Positions 30,613-39,764 of a DNA stretch of 64,000 nucleotides are shown piece by piece. Origin of the DNA: Promethearchaeota archaeon (lineage in GTDB: Archaea > Asgardarchaeota > Lokiarchaeia > Sigyniarchaeales > SOKP01). The stretch is taken from positions 44,172 through 108,171 of the forward strand of contig JAFGGO010000061.1 of assembly GCA_016930515.1 (NCBI GenBank), read 5' to 3'. How positions within the stretch are numbered: position 1 is the stretch's first letter; every line of letters begins with the position of its first letter. The notes below the pieces were generated by a model. That model saw only the letters and a list, made by a program, of their open reading frames with translations. It made no database searches and was not told where the DNA came from. Made by a program: the position numbers and the translations under genes.

Positions 30613-31146
30613 ATTCCAGAAAATAAAGTAAAGAAATATTTTACATTTATCGAATGCTGGGCGTTTTGCGATATCTGTCAAGACATGGTCGCACTCGATA
30701 TTGACAAAAAAGAAATCATTAACGGGCTTAAAATGGGAATTTATACGAAGGAACACATCCATAGCAATCCATTTCCCGATGAAGACGATTACGACGATAA
30801 TTCTGGTCAGGAACACCACATTTATGTTTATATCAACTCAGACTATGATGTAACGGGAGTAAAATCGTTCTTTGGTGACATGCCGAGCATGTCGGAAATA
30901 GACGCAGAATTAGCGCAAGAAGGGGGCGAAGTAATGATTCCCGTGGTGACCAAGGAAGTGCCAGAAATGAGCGTTCATTTAGGCATGCTCACGCAAGAAG
31001 AATTCATCATCCTTAAAGTATGCGACGGGATGAACACGATACCCCAAGTTGCAAAAATTTCTGGAAAAACTGTAGAAGAAATAGATAAAATGATGCAAAA
31101 ATTACACAAAAAAGGGCTCGTAAAAGTAATCAGAAGAGAATTATAA
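30613..31146 (+). CDS. putative Zn-binding domain plus C-terminal winged helix; probable ATT start
   Basis: The open frame upstream of ATG 30685 contains FCDICQ; GGGTG at 30601; C-terminal T.EEF.IL..CDG..TI..VA wHTH. Confidence 0.7.
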   Translation: MPENKVKKYFTFIECWAFCDICQDMVALDIDKKEIINGLKMGIYTKEHIHSNPFPDEDDYDDNSGQEHHIYVYINSDYDVTGVKSFFGDMPSMSEIDAELAQEGGEVMIPVVTKEVPEMSVHLGMLTQEEFIILKVCDGMNTIPQVAKISGKTVEEIDKMMQKLHKKGLVKVIRREL

Positions 31147-31163
31147 TTAAAATATAACCATGG

Positions 31164-31820
31164 TCAAGAATCACAACTACCTATTACTTTTTTACCTTCT
31201 TCAAAGCCGAGATGCATTGCTTTAATGTTTAATTCTGGATCTCTCAACCATTCTTTAATTACCTCTTCGTAATGCTTCATTTCAATGAAATGGATTTTTC
31301 CCGTAGCGATCGCAAAGCCAAGCATTATTAAATTAACTTGTTGATTGTGTTTGAAATGATCCAAGGAAACTTGTGTTGCGTTCATAAAATACACGCCGTT
31401 TCTATATCCTTCTAAAGTTTCTTTTATTTCTTCTATGGATGGATACCGCTCGAATCCTGCCGTGATCATAACTCCTGGGATTGTACGATCGTTAATTACA
31501 AATGTTGTTTTACCCGACGCATATATACCTCTCCTTAATGCTTCCACGGGTTCAAAACATATGTATAAATCTGCATCTCCATAACAAATTAATGGAGACT
31601 GGAGATTCCTACGTTCGTCCTCAAAAACTTGCTTTTGATATCTGGTATGGCTTGTAATGGCACCCTCTCGCTGAGCGAGCCCATGCATTTCACTTCCAAA
31701 AGCCCTCTCTATCCCAGCTTTTTGTGCAGCAAACTCGATTAATCTTTTTAAAGTAATGACACCTTGGCCTGCCGTACCTGCAATTACAATATTTATAATA
31801 TCAGTTTCTTTAAAATACAT
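31164..31820 (-). CDS. iorB: indolepyruvate:ferredoxin oxidoreductase beta subunit
   Basis: GTAGQGV, SEMHGLAQREG, EPVEALR and NLIMLG motifs. Confidence 0.92.
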   Translation of the reverse strand: MYFKETDIINIVIAGTAGQGVITLKRLIEFAAQKAGIERAFGSEMHGLAQREGAITSHTRYQKQVFEDERRNLQSPLICYGDADLYICFEPVEALRRGIYASGKTTFVINDRTIPGVMITAGFERYPSIEEIKETLEGYRNGVYFMNATQVSLDHFKHNQQVNLIMLGFAIATGKIHFIEMKHYEEVIKEWLRDPELNIKAMHLGFEEGKKVIGSCDS

Positions 31821-31851
31821 GATTATTTAATCCTTTCTTTTTTCTTTTAAT

Positions 31852-33801
31852 TCATAACTCGCGGAAAGGCACCTCTACACCTTCTAAAGCATTAATTACA
31901 GACTTGCGAATCGCTCCGTTTGGACAAATTTCATAGCAAACACCGCATTTCACGCATCTATCTTGATCGATTTGCATTTCTTCGATTCCATCGGTTTCTA
32001 CTCTTCTTATAGCAGGACAGCTTAAAATCCTTGCACACTCATAGCACATTTGGCACCCTCCAATAAAGTATGATACATCTTGAACCCGCTTACCTTGTGT
32101 CTCTAACGACCTTATCTGGCTCATTCTCCACCTATTCGCTTGTAAAGCACATTCTCGTTTTACGATTATAACTTTTAATCCCTTTGAGTTTAAGGCCTCA
32201 TCAATGCTTTTTATTAATTTCTTAGGATTGTAAGAATCCTCAACCCTGAGCCATTGTACTCCTATGGATCTGCATATTTTTTCGATCGAAAAACCACTTT
32301 TCGATAGGTATCTTAGCACATCATCTTGGTGGCCTGTCATTGCCGTCCATGAATTTTCAAAAATTATAAGGAGAAAATTCGAATCGTATCCAACAGCCTC
32401 AGCCAAGGGTGCCATACCGGTATGGAAAAAAGTAGAATCTCCTATCATCGCGAGAACTTTTTGATCGGTTTTTGTTGACATTCCAATTGCGGCGCTTATT
32501 CCACCCGACATGCAAATAATGAGGTCGCTGCATTCCTGCGGAGGAAAAAATGACATTACATAACAGCCTATATCTCCACATATTACAGTGTTATCCAGAT
32601 GATTCGTAGCTTTCAGAATGGCGTAAAGAGTAGCGCGTTCGGGGCAACCAGCACAAAATGTTGGGAACCTACTTGGGACGATGTCTTTATAAGAGTTGAA
32701 ATAATCAATTGCCTTCATCATCTGGTCATTTGGATGTTTTCCATATATTTTCGCCAAACATGTAGCAACTAAACCAGTTGAAAATTCATTGTATTTTGGA
32801 AAATATTTTTCACCAAGAACTTCAACTTGAATTTTATGTTCATGCGCGATTCTTGCGATATCCATCTCAAGAAAAGGTTCTAATTCTTCAATAACAACAA
32901 CTTTCTCAAGTGCTTGAAGGAATTTAATAATTTGTTCGTAATTTAAAGGATAAATCATACCCAATTTTAAAACAGGAACATCTCTCAAACCTAATTGTTC
33001 GAGTGCTTCCATGGTATATCCAAAAGGCATTCCACTAGTGATAATTCCTATCTTATTGGTTCCAGCAAATTCAGTGTTGAAACCCAATTCAGGGATGTCT
33101 TTTCGCAGTTGTTCGATTCGTTCATACAATCGGATGTGATTGTTGATTGCGTGGGGTGGTAAGGAGTTAAATTTCGGAATGTTTCTTATAAATTCTCCCT
33201 TCTCCTTGCCCTTAATAATAGGTTCTAGATTTACAAAACCGCGGGAGTGAGCACTTCTCGTCGACGTGCGAAAATTCACAACTAAATCGTATTTTTCAGA
33301 AATTTCAAACGCTAATTTTATCCAATCCTTGCATTCTTGAGGTGTATGGGGTTCTATGGTAGGTAAATGGAACATCCAGGCGTAGAAGCGTTCGTTTTGC
33401 TCCTGATGAGAGCCGAGGCTTCCAGGATCTGACCCAACTACAGTTACTAATCCTCCTGGTTTTGGTCCATTTAGGGCTATAACACTTAAAGCATCGCTCG
33501 CAACATTTAGTCCCACATGTTTCATAGGATTTAAAGCCCTTACACCCGTCCAGGCAGCACCAGCACACGAAGAAGATGCAACTGCTTCATTAACTGCCCA
33601 ATGATGAACCAAGTATTTATGCATTTCTGGTTCTGAATCCAAGATTTGATGGAAATATTCTCCAATATCACTAGTTGGAGTTCCAGGATATTGTGAAACA
33701 TAAGAAACTCCCGCTTCAAGGCAGCCCCTGACAATCGCCTCGTTTCCAAGCATTAATACCCTTCCGTTTTCTCTAGTAAAACGCGTGTCTTTAATAGGCA
33801 A
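31852..33801 (-). CDS. iorA: indolepyruvate:ferredoxin oxidoreductase alpha subunit
   Basis: GNEAIVRG, YPGTP, MKHVGLNVASD, CAGCP, GDIGCY, GDSTFFH and a C-terminal ferredoxin. Confidence 0.95.
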   Translation of the reverse strand: MPIKDTRFTRENGRVLMLGNEAIVRGCLEAGVSYVSQYPGTPTSDIGEYFHQILDSEPEMHKYLVHHWAVNEAVASSSCAGAAWTGVRALNPMKHVGLNVASDALSVIALNGPKPGGLVTVVGSDPGSLGSHQEQNERFYAWMFHLPTIEPHTPQECKDWIKLAFEISEKYDLVVNFRTSTRSAHSRGFVNLEPIIKGKEKGEFIRNIPKFNSLPPHAINNHIRLYERIEQLRKDIPELGFNTEFAGTNKIGIITSGMPFGYTMEALEQLGLRDVPVLKLGMIYPLNYEQIIKFLQALEKVVVIEELEPFLEMDIARIAHEHKIQVEVLGEKYFPKYNEFSTGLVATCLAKIYGKHPNDQMMKAIDYFNSYKDIVPSRFPTFCAGCPERATLYAILKATNHLDNTVICGDIGCYVMSFFPPQECSDLIICMSGGISAAIGMSTKTDQKVLAMIGDSTFFHTGMAPLAEAVGYDSNFLLIIFENSWTAMTGHQDDVLRYLSKSGFSIEKICRSIGVQWLRVEDSYNPKKLIKSIDEALNSKGLKVIIVKRECALQANRWRMSQIRSLETQGKRVQDVSYFIGGCQMCYECARILSCPAIRRVETDGIEEMQIDQDRCVKCGVCYEICPNGAIRKSVINALEGVEVPFREL

Positions 33802-33988
33802 AATATTCTCATTTGATCTTTTATTGCTCTGTATTTTTTAAAATTGATAATAGAAAAAAAATTTTATTGATATAAAAAATAACAATTCTCTTTCATTGAC
33901 GAAATAATGAATAATTTGAAAGAAGCTCCTATGGACAAAAATTCAAAAATTTATTTAAATTTGAACAACTTTACGACATAAGGACATC

Positions 33989-34261
33989 ATGATTGACGCA
34001 AGTAATATAGCTGAATTGGAGAAACAAGCCTATAGGAATTTCGAACGGATTCAAAAATCTTTGATTGGATTGTACGAAGTATTAAGCATTACCTACGGAG
34101 AGACATCTGAAAACATTTGTTTTAAGGCTGGACAAGATAACATCATAGGACTTTATGAAAATCTTCTCGAGCTTCTCCTCAACGAAAAAGGCTTGAACCA
34201 CTTAGTCCGAAGCATAAAAGATTCAAAAATAAAGCTCGATGTTACGTTAAGTGAGTATTAA
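33989..34261 (+). CDS. small helical hypothetical protein, paralog of 37556..37864
   Basis: Gapless alignment by eye, about 35/77 identical to the 37556 ORF. Confidence 0.8.
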   Translation: MIDASNIAELEKQAYRNFERIQKSLIGLYEVLSITYGETSENICFKAGQDNIIGLYENLLELLLNEKGLNHLVRSIKDSKIKLDVTLSEY

Positions 34262-34323
34262 CTATTTCTTTTTTATTAAAAATGTTATGCATTAAAAAAT
34301 TAATTAAAAAAAAGAGTTAAAAA

Positions 34324-34740
34324 TTAAGGAAGGGAATTTAGAAAAGCATTAAATATTTGTTGAGTTGCCTCGGGTAGATCCTTTATAATTTTTCTTACTT
34401 TTTCTTCAAAATCTTGTTTTGATCCCGTTTCTTTTAAAACATAATTGTCAATATCCTTGAAAACGCTAACTATCTTCTCGTAAGCCATAATGATATTGTC
34501 GAGATTCTTGCTAACGTTTATCTTCCAATCTGCGTCTAAATCGGACTTTTTCTTGTCCTTGTCTTTATCCTTGTCCTTATCTTTCTTGTCTTTATCCTTG
34601 TCTTTATCCTTGTCCTTATCTTTCTTGTCTTTATCCTTGTCCTTATCTTTCTTGTCTTTATCCTTGTCCTTATCTTTCTTGTCTTTATCCTTGTCCTTGT
34701 CTTTCTTGTCTTTATCCTTGTCTTTATCTTCTTTTCCCAT
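34324..34740 (-). CDS. DK-repeat low-complexity protein with C-terminal helical domain
   Basis: MGKE, then (DKDKDKDKK)n, then about 70 aa of helical sequence. Confidence 0.7.
   Translation of the reverse strand: MGKEDKDKDKDKKDKDKDKDKKDKDKDKDKKDKDKDKDKKDKDKDKDKDKDKKDKDKDKDKDKKKSDLDADWKINVSKNLDNIIMAYEKIVSVFKDIDNYVLKETGSKQDFEEKVRKIIKDLPEATQQIFNAFLNSLP
34546..34728. repeat. coding tandem repeat with a 27-nt unit (TTTCTTGTCTTTATCCTTGTCCTTATC) and 6-nt expansions
   Basis: Directly visible; about 6 units. Confidence 0.92.
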
Positions 34741-34850
34741 AAAAATCAACATAAAATAGTTTTAGTTCAAATAAGCTAAGTGTGTATTTAAATTTTGGTT
34801 TAGTCTAAAAAATCAGATTTATTTAATATATTTTAAAGACTCTTTTGTTT

Positions 34851-35310
34851 TCAAAAAAGCTTTCTTATTTCCTTAATCAAGGAAGATCCTTCTTTACATT
34901 TTCCTTTCAATAATTCATGCATTTCTATATCTTTTTCTTGAACCACCCCATCGATCTTTATAACATCAGCTACACCCGAAATCACCTGTAGAATATTTCC
35001 CATATTGTGAGAATATTAGTCCTTTAATTTGTTATTCATAATGGCGTTATTATTATATTCAACATGTATGAGAAAAATGATAATGATGATGGAAGTGATA
35101 ATTGATGGAAGATAATTTAGGATGATAATAAATTCGTTTTCTGAATCGTAAAGGCTGTAATTAAACCCAGAGAGATAAATTACGATAGATATGGGAAAAT
35201 AGATGAAGAATGATGCAATCATGCAATAACACCATTTCACACTCTTTCCTATCTTGTTCTTAAATTAAGCCATTTTAGAGGGAAGGACAAGATAAATCCA
35301 ATTAAATAAT
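34851..35310 (-). pseudogene. remnant of a membrane protein with HisKA-like tail
   Basis: One frame with in-frame TAA stops: ...KMA*FKNKIGK-(TM helices)-KLKD*YSHNMGNILQVISG...IKEIRKLF*. Confidence 0.55.
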
Positions 35311-35880
35311 TCAAGCAACAAATTTTTCAATTGAATCTTGTTTTGAATTCGTCTTTTCATCTCTCTTTACAAGATGATCTAATAAAGAATAGAAGGTTTC
35401 TTTGATATTATAATTTGATTTTGCCGATGTTTTCATGTATCCAAAACATCGTTCATTACTCTCAACAATATGATTTGCAAACTTATCTAGATTAATATGG
35501 TTAGCGTCTTCCAAATCCGATTTAGTGCCTACGAGAAGAAGTGGAAAATCTCCTCTTTCCATCAATAAATTCATCCATCCTTCTATTCCCATTGAAGAAG
35601 CAAACCTAGAAAGGTCAAACAATAACATGGCACCAACGGCACCACTTATAAAATTTGGTAGCATGAATCGAAATTGCTCTTGGCCTCCAAAATCCCAAAA
35701 GATAACATTGTATTCATTGCCCTTGTGGTCGATTTTAATCGTCTTGCTAAAGAAACCGATACCTTTGGTCATGAGAGAATTATCGTCAAATATATCATTG
35801 ATGTATCTATCTAATAAGGAGGTCTTTCCAACGGCACCATCCCCAGCAACTATGATTTTAATTGTTTTAATTTGTTCCAT
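35311..35880 (-). CDS. Rab-like small GTPase
   Basis: GDGAVGKTS, T(KG), WDFGGQ, TKSD and TSAK motifs. Confidence 0.92.
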   Translation of the reverse strand: MEQIKTIKIIVAGDGAVGKTSLLDRYINDIFDDNSLMTKGIGFFSKTIKIDHKGNEYNVIFWDFGGQEQFRFMLPNFISGAVGAMLLFDLSRFASSMGIEGWMNLLMERGDFPLLLVGTKSDLEDANHINLDKFANHIVESNERCFGYMKTSAKSNYNIKETFYSLLDHLVKRDEKTNSKQDSIEKFVA

Positions 35881-35977
35881 TTCAAGTAATGAATGGTGAA
35901 AATGGTTTTTAAAAATCAGTACAAACATGCTAGTTTCGTTATTATGAAACATACGATTTGAAAAAGAATATTTTTGA

Positions 35978-37189
35978 TCAATACCCAAAAACCATTACAA
36001 CTGTCATAATGGCACCTGATATTATTGGAACAGTAAAATTATCGTTCATATCAAGTGGTAATACCTCAGCAATAGGTGCAACAAGTCCTCCACAAATTAA
36101 TATGACTGGCGATATATCTAATAAGTGATACAAGATAAATCCAGTAATCAAAACGCTTCCGAAATAAGCTAGCGTGCCTTCAACCGTTTTAGTATTAAAT
36201 ATTTTATACTTTCCAAACGCTAAACCAAAAATTTTACTAAAAATATCGCCAAATATGAGAAATATTATTGAAATCATTGCGATATTTTTCTGGAACACGA
36301 GAATCGAGAAGAAACTAGCTAATAAAAAAATCGTCATTGAAGAAAAACACTTCTGTTCAGTTTTTCTAAATATGGATTTTATCTTTTCTGTTAAAAATTC
36401 ATTAGCCTGCTTCAAAACGAACCTAATTATATCAATAACAGTAAAGATTGCCGTTATAATCCCAATTAGAATTAATGTATTAATTAAGGAATTAAAAACA
36501 TAAAATACAACGAAAACGATCGCAAAAGGTCTTGCAGCAACCCTCCACCAGTATGTTTTAAAATTTTCATCCAAAATTACGATTTTTCGTTCTTTGATAA
36601 TTTTATATAAACCTACGATTCCAATATGAATGGTAATTAACAAAAAGATGATATTATATTGGGAATTGGCGTAGTAATAAAATATGCTGAAATCAAGAAC
36701 AGGAAACAATACTATTGGAAGTAGCGTACCAATTCGGGCAATATAATAGAAAATCATGAGAATAATGATAATATAACAAATAATTAGCAATATTACCAAA
36801 CTCTCTAAAAAATAGTTTATCAAGCAACAAAGTAAAATCCCCGTGGCAGTTGCAACGCCTTGACCGCCCTTAAATTTCAAATAAAAAGGAAAAACATGGC
36901 CTATAATAGTTGCAAGACCGGATAGTTGAATTACAAGGAAATTTGCTCCAAATAAAGAAGCAATTAACATTGCTAGAAGACCTTTAACTACGTCGTATAT
37001 TCCGGTAAGCATAGCATAAGGGAATCCGAGTACGAAATATGCATTGGAGGTTCCAGGGTTGCCAGTTCCATGGCATCTAATATCGATGTGCTTTATTTTT
37101 CCGAAGATATATGCTGGTAATATTGAGCCAATCAAATATCCTAAAAAAATACTCAATATACTTGCTGGGACATTAATATCAAAAGCCAA
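35978..37189 (-). CDS. PlsY glycerol-3-phosphate acyltransferase fused to a dolichol/phytol/DAG-kinase-like (CTP_transf) membrane domain
   Basis: N-terminal GSI, GTGNPGTSN, D..KG and GH.FP..LKFKGG.GVAT; C-terminal GD..S.IFG..FGK, KTVEG and AE...NDNFTVP. Confidence 0.85.
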   Translation of the reverse strand: MAFDINVPASILSIFLGYLIGSILPAYIFGKIKHIDIRCHGTGNPGTSNAYFVLGFPYAMLTGIYDVVKGLLAMLIASLFGANFLVIQLSGLATIIGHVFPFYLKFKGGQGVATATGILLCCLINYFLESLVILLIICYIIIILMIFYYIARIGTLLPIVLFPVLDFSIFYYYANSQYNIIFLLITIHIGIVGLYKIIKERKIVILDENFKTYWWRVAARPFAIVFVVFYVFNSLINTLILIGIITAIFTVIDIIRFVLKQANEFLTEKIKSIFRKTEQKCFSSMTIFLLASFFSILVFQKNIAMISIIFLIFGDIFSKIFGLAFGKYKIFNTKTVEGTLAYFGSVLITGFILYHLLDISPVILICGGLVAPIAEVLPLDMNDNFTVPIISGAIMTVVMVFGY

Positions 37190-37328
37190 GAGGCAATATC
37201 ATCTTTAGAGAATTGTTAAATTATAATCTTTAAATCAATATTTATTGATGTATTATTTATAAATTGAGTTTAACTTAAGATGGAAAAAAAAAAGATTTAC
37301 AGCTTGCTAGATTTTTTGTATCACTATT

Positions 37329-37434
37329 GATCGGAATGGATCTTTATGAATCAGGTGATGATCGATGTCGTCCTTTATGGGCCTCTTTGATCGTCCTGAA
37401 CGCGCATTTATCGCGGTTCAGATCCATTTTGGTC
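37329..37434. promoter_or_regulatory. intergenic array of GATC-like tetramers phased at about 10 bp
   Basis: GATC at 37329, 37339, 37360, 37389 and 37421; variants at 37349, 37369, 37409 and 37431. Confidence 0.5.
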
Positions 37435-37555
37435 TACGAATTTAGATTATGGTTAACAGTTTTTTCGATTTCGATAATAAAATAATGGATCTCAGTATAG
37501 ATTTTGACGGAAATGTATACTTTTATATACCTTATTTTACATTAATATATTAGAG

Positions 37556-37864
37556 GTGATAAAAACGATCAAATCGAATTTTACTTACGACACGACAAAA
37601 AAAGCCGAAGATAATTTCAGGAAAATTCAGCAAGCGATTAAAGGATTGTACGACATTATAAACTTCAATTTCGTGGAACCCGAGGAGAAGGTTTTTCTTG
37701 AAGCGGGAGAAGATAATTTAATAGGATTGTATAACAACTTAATCGAACTACTCACAAACGAATATGGTTTGAGACATTTAACAAAAAAAATTAATCGATC
37801 GGAAATCGACCTCAACATCGTGCTCAACGAACTGGAAGCTCGTGAATTTCTTGAACAAGAATAG
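37556..37864 (+). CDS. small helical hypothetical protein, paralog of 33989..34261
   Basis: Shared NF..IQ..GLY, AG.DN.IGLY.NL.ELL and NE.GL.HL motifs. Confidence 0.8.
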   Translation: MIKTIKSNFTYDTTKKAEDNFRKIQQAIKGLYDIINFNFVEPEEKVFLEAGEDNLIGLYNNLIELLTNEYGLRHLTKKINRSEIDLNIVLNELEAREFLEQE

Positions 37865-37926
37865 TGCAAAACCTACTCCAGTCCAAATTGGCAAACCTTT
37901 TATTTTCTATATCAATCATAAAGTTA

Positions 37927-38469
37927 ATGGTACAAAAAGCATATACCATAGAGGATTTCATCCTTGATATAAAGAATCGGAATTTAAGAGTGGACGACCC
38001 TAGAAAGTATAATGCAACTGTTGATTGGCCCGAAGGTCATTTAGGGACCTACATTCACGACATGCGAGCGGATAGCAATCAGGAAATAAAAAATCAGATC
38101 AGTACGATTTTTCAACAACTCTATAATAATGTTATTTTAGTTCAAGTCCATTCGATGGGTCGATTATCCGATGAGTACATTGAAAAGATGTGTTATGATT
38201 TGAACATGCCTAAATCAAGAATATCAAACAATTTATTGGATAGCGTGCTAAAAATGGTAGCTGAATGGTCCATAGAAAATACTAGCTTAATAATATGGAA
38301 ACGAGGAAAAGAAAACCAATTTGAAAAAGGCAAAGAAGAAGCGTTTCTATTTGCTGAGAAATGCGCAGAACACCTAAATTGGCTCTTAATGGAATCTGAA
38401 AGAAATGTACCGATCGAACTCGGCAACGATCTCACGAAACCGAATCGATTAAAACCCATTTTCTCTTAA
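37927..38469 (+). CDS. hypothetical protein
   Basis: Long ORF with normal composition; ATG 37927 preferred. Confidence 0.6.
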   Translation: MVQKAYTIEDFILDIKNRNLRVDDPRKYNATVDWPEGHLGTYIHDMRADSNQEIKNQISTIFQQLYNNVILVQVHSMGRLSDEYIEKMCYDLNMPKSRISNNLLDSVLKMVAEWSIENTSLIIWKRGKENQFEKGKEEAFLFAEKCAEHLNWLLMESERNVPIELGNDLTKPNRLKPIFS

Positions 38470-38509
38470 AATATTAACTACTTAGAATTTAAGTCACTAT
38501 GTTGATTGA

Positions 38510-38840
38510 TTAAAAAATATCGCAATTATTGGATGTGAAAGGATGCCAGATTCTTGTCCTGAAACTTCTTGTCTTACTTCATTTTTAGAAAAAAAACATT
38601 TTTAAAAATTAAAACAAAGATTCAATTTTTAATAGGTTTCTTTTCTTGTAGAGGTTGTCCTGGGCGCAGGATCTTCAGATTTATCAGGAATTTAAAAGAA
38701 GAAATTGGTCTTTATGTCGTTCATATCGCATCTTGCGTGTTAAAAGGAACTCCTTTTCCGAAAGGCCTCTATAAAAAAGAAATCATAAAAACCATCAGAA
38801 ATGGGTGTTAATGTGGTTTTAAGAAGCGACGATAACTACC
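38510..38840 (+). pseudogene. frameshifted CGGC-domain gene
   Basis: IAIIGCE..DSCP.TSCL.SF in one frame, LIGFFSCRGCPGRR...VHIASC in another, GVNVV tail shifted again. Confidence 0.65.
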
Positions 38841-38984
38841 AAAGGGAACTTAAAATCAAAAAAAAAACGAGCAAAATTGAAAACTACGAGGAAATAAAGG
38901 GCTTGCTCGATGATAAAAAATATAGGTAGCGTAATTTTAAATTTTTGTAATAAAATTTTTTTAGCATTAAATTATCTTATCATA

Positions 38985-39758
38985 ATGGAAGAACGAACTC
39001 TTGAAGAATTGCTAAAATTAGCAGCAAACGATCGCGCTCACGCGCCTGAATTTTACAAGAAATTATTATCTTCAGAGGTTTATTTACTTGGGCTAATTGA
39101 AAAAGCAAGTAATCTTATCAATTCAAAAGAAGAGGCCATTTCCTTAGAACCAGGAGACGAAGTGAATTTTACATTTTGGCATTATGAAGATGGCACACAA
39201 TTTCTCCCAATATTTTCTTCTCTAAATATGCTCCAATCAGTCATCAAGGAGGATTCCCAATACATTAAATTCCCTGCAAAAGTATTATTTGAAATGGTTA
39301 AGGGAATTCCAATCTTTCTAAACCCCAAAGCACAATATGGAAGAGAATTTTTACCAAAAGAAATCGAAAGCTTGTTGAAAAATCAAACAACCCAAGAAGC
39401 AAAACCCATACTCATCGAAAAAGAGACGCAAGTCTTAATCGGCCATCCAGCAAATTATCCCCAGAATTTGATTGATACTTTAAATAAATTTCTACCAAAA
39501 ATCACTCAAGTAAGAGAAGCTTATCTTGCTTTGTATCTTAATCCCACAATAGACGATAAACCAGTTTTATTAATTGCGATTGATATAGAAGGAGGAATAC
39601 AGGAATATGAGAAGATTCGGAACGGAATTGGCACGGTTGCTCAGGAATCAGCCCCCAAAGGAGAAATTATTGATTTTTTATTATTGGATAAGTCAGATGT
39701 AAATAACTCAATAAACATGTATTTTCGGGATAAAAAGCCATTTTATAAGAGAACATAA
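38985..39758 (+). CDS. SseB family protein (SseB N and C domains)
   Basis: LE.LL..AA......P.FY..LL, LPIFSS, LNP...YGREF.P.EI, IG.PA.YP and AYLA motifs. Confidence 0.85.
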   Translation: MEERTLEELLKLAANDRAHAPEFYKKLLSSEVYLLGLIEKASNLINSKEEAISLEPGDEVNFTFWHYEDGTQFLPIFSSLNMLQSVIKEDSQYIKFPAKVLFEMVKGIPIFLNPKAQYGREFLPKEIESLLKNQTTQEAKPILIEKETQVLIGHPANYPQNLIDTLNKFLPKITQVREAYLALYLNPTIDDKPVLLIAIDIEGGIQEYEKIRNGIGTVAQESAPKGEIIDFLLLDKSDVNNSINMYFRDKKPFYKRT

Positions 39759-39764
39759 TTTAAG

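Noticed and set aside
34490-34759. (SL)n ORF on the + strand, and the repeat as a CRISPR array
   Set aside because: It is the antisense shadow of the DK repeat and has no unique spacers.
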